Source: Conexivisphaerales archaeon (GTDB taxonomy: Archaea > Thermoproteota > Nitrososphaeria > Conexivisphaerales > DTJL01). From it: a stretch of DNA of 64,000 bases. The notes beneath the pieces are model-generated. The model was not told where the DNA came from, searched no databases, and saw nothing but the letters and a program-made list of their open reading frames with translations. The stretch is taken from the NCBI GenBank assembly GCA_049509455.1, contig JBEKZX010000001.1, positions 47,516-111,515 on the forward strand, written 5' to 3'. Of this stretch, positions 1 to 8,400 are shown piece by piece (positions within the stretch are counted from its first letter, which is position 1; each line of letters starts with the position of its first letter). Position numbers and translations under genes: made by a program.

Positions 1-2
1 AG

Positions 3-125
3 GAATTTGAAGAGATCTACGCGACCTTCTACAAGAGGTTCTCCTGGGTGCGCCGGGACCCATGGAAGGCGGGTGAGGCGCCATTCCTCAAGGTCTCCCC
101 TGTCATGAAATCGAGCTGGGTCTGA
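3..125 (+). CDS. 3' end of an upstream gene (last ~40 codons, product unknown)
   Basis: The frame is open from the window edge to TGA at 123-125. Codons are GC3-rich like the confident genes. It is too short for the ORF track and I recognised no motif. Confidence 0.3.
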   Translation, partial: EFEEIYATFYKRFSWVRRDPWKAGEAPFLKVSPVMKSSWV

Positions 126-184
126 TGCCTCCCTCTCGTCATCACTTCCCCTTGGGCTCATGGCCGAGGAGGTCGTGATTAAAC

Positions 185-829
185 TTGAAGCTCAGCCGCA
201 TGGTCGAAAGGTTCACCTCCAACGATGCTTTCGAGGAGAACATCTACGTCCTCTACGACCGGGCTGCCAAGGAGTGCATCATTATCGATCCCGGCGCTGG
301 CGCCAGCGAAGTCATAGCCTTCGTCGAAGGGGAGGGTTGCAAGGTTCAGTCCATCCTCGCAACGCATGCCCACATCGATCACGTCGTCTCAGCACCCGCC
401 CTCGTCGAAAGGTTTCGTTCCCCCTTCCTCGTCCCCAAGGCCGACCTACCACTTCTCGACGGCATCAAGGAGCAAGCGGACGCCTTCGGGTATCATTTCA
501 AGGGGGACGTTAGGGCGGACGGCTCCTTCGAGGGGGGAGCGTCTTTCGAGCTGGGAGCTCATCGCATCGATGTCCTTCATACGCCAGGCCACACCCCAGG
601 GAGTTCCTGTTTCTTCCTCGACCGCAACATGCTCTTCACGGGGGACACGCTGTTCGCCGGCTCCATTGGTAGGACGGACCTCCCAAGAGGCTCTCCGAAG
701 GACATGGTCGCCTCACTGAAGAAGCTCGCCGCTCTCCCCGGTCTCGTCGTCATCTACCCAGGGCATGACGAGGAGTCCACCATCGGCGAAGAGAAGGCGA
801 CAAACCCTTACCTCAGGTTCACCCCCTGA
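185..829 (+). CDS. MBL-fold metallo-hydrolase (glyoxalase II / hydroxyacylglutathione hydrolase-like)
   Basis: Carries the HxHxDH motif (THAHIDH), later HTPGHTPGS, and a conserved GDTLF...GRTD segment. TTG at 185 is preceded by GAGGAGGT. An alternative ATG lies at 200. Confidence 0.85.
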   Translation: MKLSRMVERFTSNDAFEENIYVLYDRAAKECIIIDPGAGASEVIAFVEGEGCKVQSILATHAHIDHVVSAPALVERFRSPFLVPKADLPLLDGIKEQADAFGYHFKGDVRADGSFEGGASFELGAHRIDVLHTPGHTPGSSCFFLDRNMLFTGDTLFAGSIGRTDLPRGSPKDMVASLKKLAALPGLVVIYPGHDEESTIGEEKATNPYLRFTP

Positions 830-1469
830 AGCCGATTAGAAATGGCGGGAGCTTTTGTCGATTCGTCGAAGCCCTTCAACCTAGCTTATGTCTATGGAAG
901 GGCCAGGTGAACCTGTGGAGAAACCCGGCATCATAGGCGTCACGCTTACCGCGTCCGGCGTGGCCCTCCTGTAATAACGTCGCTCTGGCGTACGTTTCAT
1001 TCACATCGTACTTCTAGGCCTTCGTCCAGGGGTTGTCGGATTCGTTGGACCTTCTCCTGCTCGCCGCGATTAAGGCCTTCTTCCTCGGCATCGTGGCTTG
1101 GGTGGGCGGCAAACCTCTGGCAGGGGGTGCAGATTTCGTCAAAGTCGAGAAGGGCGTCGGTATCATCACCGCACCGGAAGCGGTCGCCAAAGAGAAGGAA
1201 AAGGGAAGGTCCTTGGCTGGTGATGGAAGTTCCCCGACAGGGTTCTCGCCAGCGATAGGCTTCGTCAGCCTGACCTCATTCATAGCGCTGGAGGCGTTCG
1301 CCTTTTCCGGCTTCTCTTTGCCAGCAGTTCTCTCGCGCCCTAAACACCCCTTTCTCCGTCAACGGAATCCGCAAGGGAGGCCTTCGAATTGAATCGAAAT
1401 CGGAAGCTGAGACTCACCCAACATTCATATTTCAGCCTCGACAAGCTTCGTGGCGATGTCCATTTGGGC

Positions 1470-1892
1470 ATGGTCCAAGGCAACGCGGGCAGAGTGATCG
1501 TCGCCAACCTTTCGAGGGGTAGCGACCTCCTCGAGTCTTTGGAGAAGCTGGCATCTGAATCCAACGTGGTCGGAGGGATCTTCACGGCCATCGGTGCGGT
1601 TGGCAAGGCCGCTTTCACGTACTACGACCAAACGAATCGCGAATACGTCAGCATCACAATGGACGAAGAGTTGGAGATTGTCTCCTGCTCCGGCAACTTC
1701 GGCGTGCTGGACGGGCGCCCCAAGATTCACTGTCATGTCGTCTTCTCCGACAGGAAGGGCCGCGCGTTTGGCGGCCATCTGACGAAGGGCACCGAGGTCT
1801 TCGTCGGAGAGGTCCACCTCATGGAGGTGGGAGGCGTGGAACTGGAAAGAAAGGAGGACCCGGCCACGGGTATAGCGATGCTGGGCTTCTAG
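1470..1892 (+). CDS. PPC (DUF296) domain protein
   Basis: The sequence RVIVANLSRGSDLLESL...GGIFTAIGAV...IVSCSGNF...IHCHVVFSD..GRAFGGHL fits the PPC/DUF296 pattern. The ORF opens at 1389, but family N-termini favour the ATG at 1470. Confidence 0.7.
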   Translation: MVQGNAGRVIVANLSRGSDLLESLEKLASESNVVGGIFTAIGAVGKAAFTYYDQTNREYVSITMDEELEIVSCSGNFGVLDGRPKIHCHVVFSDRKGRAFGGHLTKGTEVFVGEVHLMEVGGVELERKEDPATGIAMLGF

Positions 1893-2437
1893 GTGCCCGA
1901 TTCGAGCTGCCTGATCCGGGATGGCACCTCAGGGAACTTCGTCTTGGCCTGCTCTTCCGCAGCCGCAGCGGCTTCCCTTATGATGCTCTCCGCCTCTTCG
2001 TTCGCCAACGACACGTTGAACGAGCCGCCGCTCAGCCCGCCGGCCTCCGACACCGTCTGCTGAAGGCTAGCAAAGGATTCGCTGATGGTCCCGCTGGCCT
2101 CAGGCATGACCTTGGCGAGCTGCTTCTGCAACGTGGCCGCCACCGCGATGGCGGGTCCCATAATGTAATTGAAGTCGCCCAAGTCTTTCACCGTCTCCAT
2201 CCTTAGGAAGATGGCATTGAACGCCAGCTTGGACTTCATGACGGTCTTCTCCGTCTTCCTCAGCTCGGCCAGCTCGCTGGCGAGCATCTTGGCTCGTGAG
2301 GAGTCGTTCGCCTTCAGAGCGTTGACTATCTTCGAGAATATCTCGGCATCCTTGATCTTCAGCCGGTATTCCCTGTCATCGAGCAGCCTAGTGACCGTCG
2401 TGAGAGTGTTCATGGCATTCTGCAACATCGGTTTCAA
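1889..2437 (-). CDS. ESCRT-III / CdvB-like (Snf7 family) protein
   Basis: A 182-aa all-helical protein with a basic N-terminal half and an acidic C-terminus (EEAESIIREAAAAAEEQ). The segment ASELAELRKTEKTV...LRMETVKDLGDF...MPE resembles the archaeal CdvB core from memory. No wH domain is present. Confidence 0.55.
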   Translation of the reverse strand: MKPMLQNAMNTLTTVTRLLDDREYRLKIKDAEIFSKIVNALKANDSSRAKMLASELAELRKTEKTVMKSKLAFNAIFLRMETVKDLGDFNYIMGPAIAVAATLQKQLAKVMPEASGTISESFASLQQTVSEAGGLSGGSFNVSLANEEAESIIREAAAAAEEQAKTKFPEVPSRIRQLESGT

Positions 2438-2849
2438 AGCTTCACCGGATTTGGACGTCTAATTGCACCAACCGAGGTTATCAAAGTCTTGTAATTAATA
2501 CTTCCCTATCGGGCACGTAACAGCACTCCTCCATCCAAGCTCCTAGGTGTTGATGAAGATCGTATGGCTCGTAAGAAGGACCGTTTCCCTGTGGAACTCT
2601 GCCAGAGCAGGTCAAGGGTACAACAGCCGGCGCCATTCAACACCACGACAGTTCTCGGGTTGGAGGTGATGCAGAAGGAGGCTTGGTAAAGGCTCCACTC
2701 GCGCGCCCGCTCCTGTCGTCACTGCACCATGACCCCGCCGACGCTCCATGAGCTTTCGACCTATGTCTGAAGCTGTCCTTGAGTGGGTCAAATCCCACCA
2801 CATCATCGTCGGAATCGGCGATCGCTTACGCTGATTTTCAAGCCTACTG

Positions 2850-2947
2850 TGGCGCCCAAGGCGAGATTTGAATTCGCGTGGTTCTGAACCAACTCGCGTC
2901 GTCCGCGTGACAGGCGGACATACTAGGCCGGGCTATACGACTTGGGC
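2850..2947 (-). tRNA. tRNA-Asp (anticodon GUC) with a 20-nt T-arm intron and encoded CCA
   Basis: Manual cloverleaf: acceptor GCCCAAG/CTTGGGC, D stem GTAT/GTAT, anticodon stem TCCGC/GCGGA with loop CTGTCAC. The T arm GCGAG-TTCAAAT-CTCGC forms only after removing 2873-2892. Discriminator G plus CCA at 2850-2853. Confidence 0.85.
2873..2892 (-). other. non-canonical tRNA intron (T-arm, around positions 53-56) in tRNA-Asp
   Basis: The 20 nt TTGGTTCAGAACCACGCGAA interrupt the T stem/loop. They are flanked by GCGAGTT and GCGAATT, so the exact junction is ambiguous by 2 nt. An internal GGTT/AACC hairpin is present. Confidence 0.7.
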
Positions 2948-3719
2948 TCCACTGCCGAAAGTCTGAAAGGGGGTTTTTATCCTTTTGCGATGGTCACCTT
3001 CCCGAACGCCTCGGCTCCTTTGTGGTCCTTTGAAAGCATGGCCTATTGAATCGACAAAAGCAGCGATTGCCAGCGGAGTCCGCGCTTTCATCGATGCCCT
3101 CCGCAGACGATGTCCGAAACGGATGGAACGACGTGCTCCCGCTCTAGTCGACTTCACGATGCTATCCTTATAGGAACCGACGACGAGAGGGACACATGCT
3201 TTCCGGCGGCAACGTCTACGTGACAATTTACGAGCCCGTCACTTCTCTCCGTCCCGCTTAAATCCGGGAGGGTTTCTTTCACATGGCGATTGGACCCCCG
3301 CCTCACGGTCAAACTGGGCAGCATGTATCCCAGCTGCACCCACAAGGAGCTCGGAGAGCTGGCCTGCAGCATCCAAGAAGGAAAGTACTGGAAAGCAGGT
3401 CCCGGCATGACCTTCTCTGTCGCCCTCACCAGGGCCCGCCGCCTCAGAGGCAGAGACTGGGTAGCCAAGGTGACCGGCTTGGGCCAGGTGACCGTGCCTG
3501 GACCTCTGAAGCCCTACTGCAGGAGGGGAAGGGTCGTCCTGGTATCCTCGTCGGCTCCTTCTAGGGCGGTGCTCGTCTTGGGCTGGCCAACCTTCCTTTG
3601 GGTTATGAGGAAAGGGAAGGTCCACCCCCTAGTGGAGGGCGCCCTGGCTGGGAAGCTGGCAGGGTACGTCGGCGTCCCACGATTGAAGGAGTACCTCAAG
3701 TGCGATGATGAAGAAGGTT

Positions 3720-3817
3720 TGGCGGGCCCGTCGGGAATCGGACCCGAGACACCCGGGTCGCTTTGACCGCGGTCGGCCATAAAAGCCCGGCGCTCTACCT
3801 GGCTGAGCTACGGGCCC
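3720..3817 (-). tRNA. tRNA-Lys (anticodon UUU) with a canonical 37/38 intron and encoded CCA
   Basis: The 5' part reads GGGCCCG-TA-GCTC-AGCCAGGTA-GAGC-G-CCGGG-CTTTTA. A 21-nt intron follows, then A-CCCGG-GTGTC-TCGGG-TCCGATT-CCCGA-CGGGCCC-G-CCA. All stems are Watson-Crick. Confidence 0.9.
3759..3779 (-). other. canonical (37/38) intron of tRNA-Lys(UUU)
   Basis: The 21 nt TGGCCGACCGCGGTCAAAGCG sit between A37 and A38 of the anticodon loop. Confidence 0.8.
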
Positions 3818-3899
3818 GTTCTGACTTGGTTGAAATCCCCCCGTTATTAAAACTAGGGTTGCGGAACTTCCTCATGACGGCCGTACGGCGCCCAGGTGC

Positions 3900-4952
3900 C
3901 TAGGGGAGCGTCATGGCCATTACCGCCTTCTGCACGTGCAGCCTGTTCTCGGCCTCTTCGAAGTATAGCGACCTCTTGTTCTCATCGATCACTTCGTCGG
4001 TCACTTCCTGCCCCCTGTCGGCCGGTCCGCAGTGCATGTAATAGGCCTTGTTGGTCCTGTCCAGGCTCTTCTTGGTGCATATCCAGTCCTTGTACTTCGA
4101 CTGGAAGGCCGTCGCGGCGTCCTTATCCATCTTCGCGCTGTGCGGAGGGAAGAACTCCTTGGGCGACCACGCCTTGGGGTAGACGAAGTCGGCCCCTTCG
4201 AATGCCTCCTTCATATCGTAGCTGACCTCGAAGCTCCCACCGTACCTGTCGGCGTTCTGCTTGCAGGCCTTCGTCACGACGTCTTCCAGCTCGAACCCTT
4301 TGGGGTGGGCCAGCACGACGTCCATGCCGAATTGCGTAGTGATTAACGCCTCGTTCTGGGGCACGGCCAGCGGCTTGAGGCCGCCGGAGTAGGCGTAGGA
4401 CACCACGAACTTCTTGTCCTTCAGCTTAGGCGACGCCTGCTTGGCGGCCATGATGTCCGCCATCGCCTGGAACGGGTGGTACATATCGTCCTCCATGTTC
4501 AGAACGGGAATCGAAGCCCACTTGGCGAACTCCTGCACGACCTTGTGGCCCCTCCCGATGTTCCATTTGGCGGCGTCACCGTAGATCCTGATCGCGATCG
4601 AGTCGCCCATCCTGCTGAGCACTCTAGCGACGTCTGAGATGGCCTCCGTCTGGTAGGCCACCATGTCCTCCGGCAGCGACGGCGTGTAGACGTCTTGGGG
4701 ACTCAGGAAATGGGCGTGCCCGCCTAGCTGGTAAATGCCGCCTTCGAAGGAATTCCTCGTCCTGAGCGACCGATTGTAGAAAAGCATGAAGAGCGTCCTC
4801 CCAGGAAGGTAGGGCGTCTCCTTCCGGCCCCTGAACTTCTTCTGCAGATCGAAGGAGGCGTCCAACACCTGAGTGAGCTCCTCCTGCGAGAAGTCTTGAG
4901 TGTTCAGGAAGTCCTTCCCCCTGAAGGCCCCGACATAAGATGGGAGTTTCAT
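3900..4952 (-). CDS. ygeW: YgeW-type (knotted) carbamoyltransferase
   Basis: Has the carbamoyl-phosphate motif SLRTRNSFE. It resembles E. coli YgeW along its length from memory (KDFL..., YAYSGGLKPLAVPQ, FGMDVVLAHPKGF, YPKAWSP, KDWICT, YMHCGPADRG). The ATG at 4952 has GGAGGTG 7 nt upstream, and the longer ORF reaching 5030 is less likely. Confidence 0.8.
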   Translation of the reverse strand: MKLPSYVGAFRGKDFLNTQDFSQEELTQVLDASFDLQKKFRGRKETPYLPGRTLFMLFYNRSLRTRNSFEGGIYQLGGHAHFLSPQDVYTPSLPEDMVAYQTEAISDVARVLSRMGDSIAIRIYGDAAKWNIGRGHKVVQEFAKWASIPVLNMEDDMYHPFQAMADIMAAKQASPKLKDKKFVVSYAYSGGLKPLAVPQNEALITTQFGMDVVLAHPKGFELEDVVTKACKQNADRYGGSFEVSYDMKEAFEGADFVYPKAWSPKEFFPPHSAKMDKDAATAFQSKYKDWICTKKSLDRTNKAYYMHCGPADRGQEVTDEVIDENKRSLYFEEAENRLHVQKAVMAMTLP

Positions 4953-4980
4953 AGATACCACCTCCGCTCGTCTCTTTCTC

Positions 4981-4990
4981 ATATTATAAG
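4981..4990 (-). promoter_or_regulatory. putative TATA box for the ygeW-like gene
   Basis: The minus strand reads CTTATAATAT about 30-38 nt upstream of ATG 4952. It is followed by a GGAGGTG Shine-Dalgarno-like element. Confidence 0.4.
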
Positions 4991-5153
4991 GTTTGGCAAA
5001 GGTCTCCGGCGGCGCGTCTCTGGAAGGCACAGAAAAGTTAAATACGCACCTTTTGGCGGTATTGTTGCGGAATATTTTGTATGTTGGAATATCAACGGTT
5101 TTTAAGGCACTTCCTGTCCGGCGTCGGAGCGCTGTGTAGCTAGGTGACTCTGC

Positions 5154-5405
5154 ATGGCTGAAATCGTCAAGGAATTCAAGCCTTCAGCTCACCGTGATGT
5201 GCCGAAGCACGAAATCGTGCCTAAGGACGAAGTGGACAGCATACTGAAGAGCTATAACGCTACATACGAGCAGTTCCCCTTCATCCTGACGACGGATCCC
5301 GTCGTCTTGGAGCTCCAGGCTAAGCCCGGCGACCTCATCAAGATAAGCCGGGATAGCAAGACGGCAGGTTCCAGCGTGTACTTCCGCCTTGTAGTCGAGG
5401 GTTAA
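5154..5405 (+). CDS. rpoH: DNA-directed RNA polymerase subunit H (Rpo5)
   Basis: An 83-aa protein with HEIVPKDEVDSILKSY...PVVLELQAKPGDLIKISR.S.TAG..VYFRLVV. It sits immediately upstream of rpoB. AGGTGA lies 8 nt before the ATG. Confidence 0.9.
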   Translation: MAEIVKEFKPSAHRDVPKHEIVPKDEVDSILKSYNATYEQFPFILTTDPVVLELQAKPGDLIKISRDSKTAGSSVYFRLVVEG

Positions 5406-5410
5406 TAGTA

Positions 5411-8400
5411 ATGATGGAATCCACTTCGACCACCCTTACGGATGGATGGCCGATAATAGAGGATATACTGAGGAAGGAAGGTGTCGCCCGTCAGCACCTG
5501 AATTCGTATAACGAGTTCGTCGCCAGGGGCTTGCAGAGCATCATCGACGAGGTCAACGAGGCCGACATCGAGACCGCCAGCGGCTCCTACAAGGTTAAGT
5601 TCGGCAAGGTCATTTTAGACAGGCCCCGCGTCGTCGAGATTGACGGCTCCATAAGCTATGTTCTTCCTTCGGAGGCGAGGCTCAGGAACCTCACCTACGG
5701 CGCCCCTCTCTACCTTGAGATAACAATCATAGACCCTCAGCTGGGCCCCGCCGGCCAGGTCACCCAGAAGTTCCACATAGGCGACTTGCCCGTCATGGTG
5801 AAGTCCAACCTCTGCGCCCTCTTCGGGCTCTCGGACGACCAGCTCATCGGAGCCGGCGAGGACCTCAAGGATCCCGGAGGGTACTTCGTCATCAACGGCT
5901 CCGAGAGGGTCATCGTGGGCTTGGAGGACCTCTCTCCCAACAAGATCCTTGTGGAGACCGACAAGAGCGGCGGTAAGGTTTCGCACAAGGCAAAGATATA
6001 CTCCTCCATAGTGGGCTACCGTTCCAAACTCGAGCTGGAGCTCAAACCTGATGGCGCCCTTTACGTCAAGCTCCCGGCCTCGCCCGTGGACCTCCCATTC
6101 GTAATCGTTCTCAGAGCGCTGGGCATCAACACGGACAAGGAGGTAGCCGACATGGTCTCGGTCAAGAGTTTCATCCAGGATCAGTTGGAGACCACCTTCG
6201 AGAAGTCCGCGGAGGCCCTTACTTCTCAGGAGGCCCTGATGTACATAGGGAATAGGGTCGCCCACGGCATGATGGACGAGCTCAGGCTGAAGAGGGCGGA
6301 AATGCTACTCGACTGGTACCTCCTTCCTCACCTCGGCAGGCAACCCTCCAACAGACTCGACAAGGCGGCCTTCCTCGGCGAAGCCGCATGCAAGCTGCTG
6401 GAGCTTCGCCTGGGCTACATCGACCAGGACGACAAGGACCATTACGGTAACAAGGTCATCAAGTTCGCAGGGCAGATGTTGGCCGACCTCTTCCGCACCG
6501 CCTTCAGGAACATGGTGCGCGACATGAAGTACCAGCTGGACAGGGTGGGCCAGAGGAGGGGCCCTGCCGTAGTTGGCGCCGCCATCCGTCCCGGCATCAT
6601 CACTGACAAGCTAGCCAACGCCATTGCCACCGGGAACTGGGGAAGGGGAAAGGTGGGCGTCACGCAGCTCCTGGACAAGACCAACTACCTTTCTACACTG
6701 AGCCACCTCAGGCGCATCCAGTCGCCTCTGAGCAGGAGCCAGCCAAACTTCGAGGCCAGGGACCTCCATTCCACTCATTTCGGCAGGATATGTCCAAACG
6801 AGACGCCCGAGGGCTCCAACTGTGGCCTGGTCAAGAACCTCGCCCTCTCTGCCATCATATCGGTCACCTCGTCCTCGCATGAGGTGCTCAACAAGCCCTT
6901 CGCGCTGGGCGTGATGAGATATGGTGAAGCGGTGGCGGAGCTGAAGGAGAGCGGAGCCAAGGTTTTCGTGGACGGCAGGATGGTGGGCTACGTCGACGAC
7001 GCCTTCCGCCTGGCCTCGGCCTTCCGGAGGCTTCGGCGCCGGGGCGAAATCCCTTCTGATGTGTCGATCTACGTCTACAAGCCTGAGATGGCCAACGCCA
7101 CGGTCAGGGTCTACATCTCGGCTAGTGCCGGGCGGGTCCTCAGGCCTCTGATAGTGGTCGAAAACGGCAGGCCACTGGTGACCGCCGACATGATCGAGAA
7201 GGTCAAGACGGGCATGCTCGGCTGGCGCGACCTGGTCTCCCAGGGCGTGCTCGAAGTAGTCGACGCCAACGAAGAGGAGAACGCCTACATCGCCCTCGAC
7301 GCCAAGGACCTGACGGCGCAGCACACGCACCTCGAGCTCTACACGCCAGCCATCTTGGGCGTCGCTGGCTCGCTCATACCCTACCCTGAGCACAACCAGT
7401 CCCCTAGGAACACCTACGAGTCGGCCATGGCCAAGCAGGCCCTCGGCTTTTCCACATCCAACTTCGGCACAGCCAGCTACGTCCGCCAGCACCTCGCGGT
7501 CTATCCACAGGTGCCCGTGGTCAAGACGCGCTCCCATACGCTGATTAACATGGACGAAAGGCCGATGGGCCAGAACGCAGTGCTGGCCGTCCTCAGTTTC
7601 GAAGGCTACAACATCGAAGACGCCGTAGTCCTGAACAAATCCAGCGTCGACAGGGGCTTGGGCCGCACCTTCTTCTACAGGCTCTACGAGGCCGAGGCCC
7701 AGCAGTATCTGGGAGGGATGAAGGACAGGTTCGAGTTACCTAGCGCGGACGCCAACATACGCGGCTTCAGGGGAGAGAAGTTCTACAGGCTCCTCGAACC
7801 GGACGGGGTCGTCATGTCGGAGGCCGTGGTCTCCGGAGGCGACGTGCTGGCCGGAAGGACGAGCCCGCCTCGTTTCATGGAGGAGTACAAGGAGTTCGAG
7901 GTCAAAGGTCCCTACAGGCGTGACACCTCGATTGCCGTGCGGCCCAGCGAGAGCGGCGTCGTCGACTCGGTCTTCATGACGCAGACCGTCGAAGGGAACA
8001 AGATCTACAAGATACGCGTCCGGGACCAGAGGATCCCCGAGTTGGGCGACAAGTTCGCTTCCCGACACGGGCAGAAGGGAGTCGTGGGCCTCCTGGTCAA
8101 CCAAGAGGACATGCCCTACACGGAGCAGGGCATCGTCCCCGACGTCATCATGAACCCCCATGCCTTTCCGTCGAGGATGACCGTGGGCCAGTTCCTGGAG
8201 TCTCTAGCGGGCAAGGCGGCCGCACTGAGAGGTTCGCCCGTCGACGGCACGGCTTTCCTCGGAGAGAAGCCCAAGGGAATCAAGGATATACTGAAGCAGT
8301 TCGGCTTCCTGGAGTCGGGCCGCGAAGTTATGTACGACGGCCGCACAGGGAAGCGCTACCCGGCCGACATCTACACGGGAGTCGTCTACTATCAGAAGCT

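Noticed and set aside
888-974. A 28-codon ORF (MSMEGPGEPVEKPGIIGVTLTASGVALL), enclosed by a GGGCCA/TGGCCC pairing at 900-905 and 961-966.
   Set aside because: It is too short to support. The enclosing fold does not form a tRNA cloverleaf or any ncRNA I recognise.
1014-1392. An ORF pair, 1033-1392(+) of 119 aa and 1014-1283(-) of 89 aa, sharing codon phase.
   Set aside because: There is a coding-like periodicity, but I cannot tell which strand is real. The plus product has one TM-like helix and the minus product is low-complexity. No family was recognised, so I did not list either as a feature.
2564-2689. A 41-codon ORF (MARKKDRFPVELCQSR...) in the gap upstream of tRNA-Asp.
   Set aside because: It has no recognisable small ribosomal or zinc protein pattern, and there is no supporting evidence.
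3608-3624. GAGGAAAGGGAAGGTCC, which resembles the RNase P RNA CR-I motif GAGGAAAGUCC.
   Set aside because: The universally conserved core is interrupted by an insertion. I could find no matching CR-V/P4 partner. On the plus strand only about 95 nt remain before the tRNA gene on the opposite strand. Infernal is needed to settle it.
3705-3711. An ATGATGA C-box-like heptamer. A similar TTGATGA occurs at about 2550.
   Set aside because: No D box (CTGA) lies at the right distance, there are no C'/D' elements, and a plus-strand sRNA here would overlap the tRNA.
3239-3780. ORFs 3290-3766(+), 3239-3625(-), 3514-3780(-), 3283-3564(+) and 3154-3468(-) in the tRNA-flanked interval.
   Set aside because: They overlap one another in several frames, and two of them run through the tRNA-Lys(UUU) gene. 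Their composition is Arg/Pro/Gly-rich. I treat the region as non-coding or RNA-coding.
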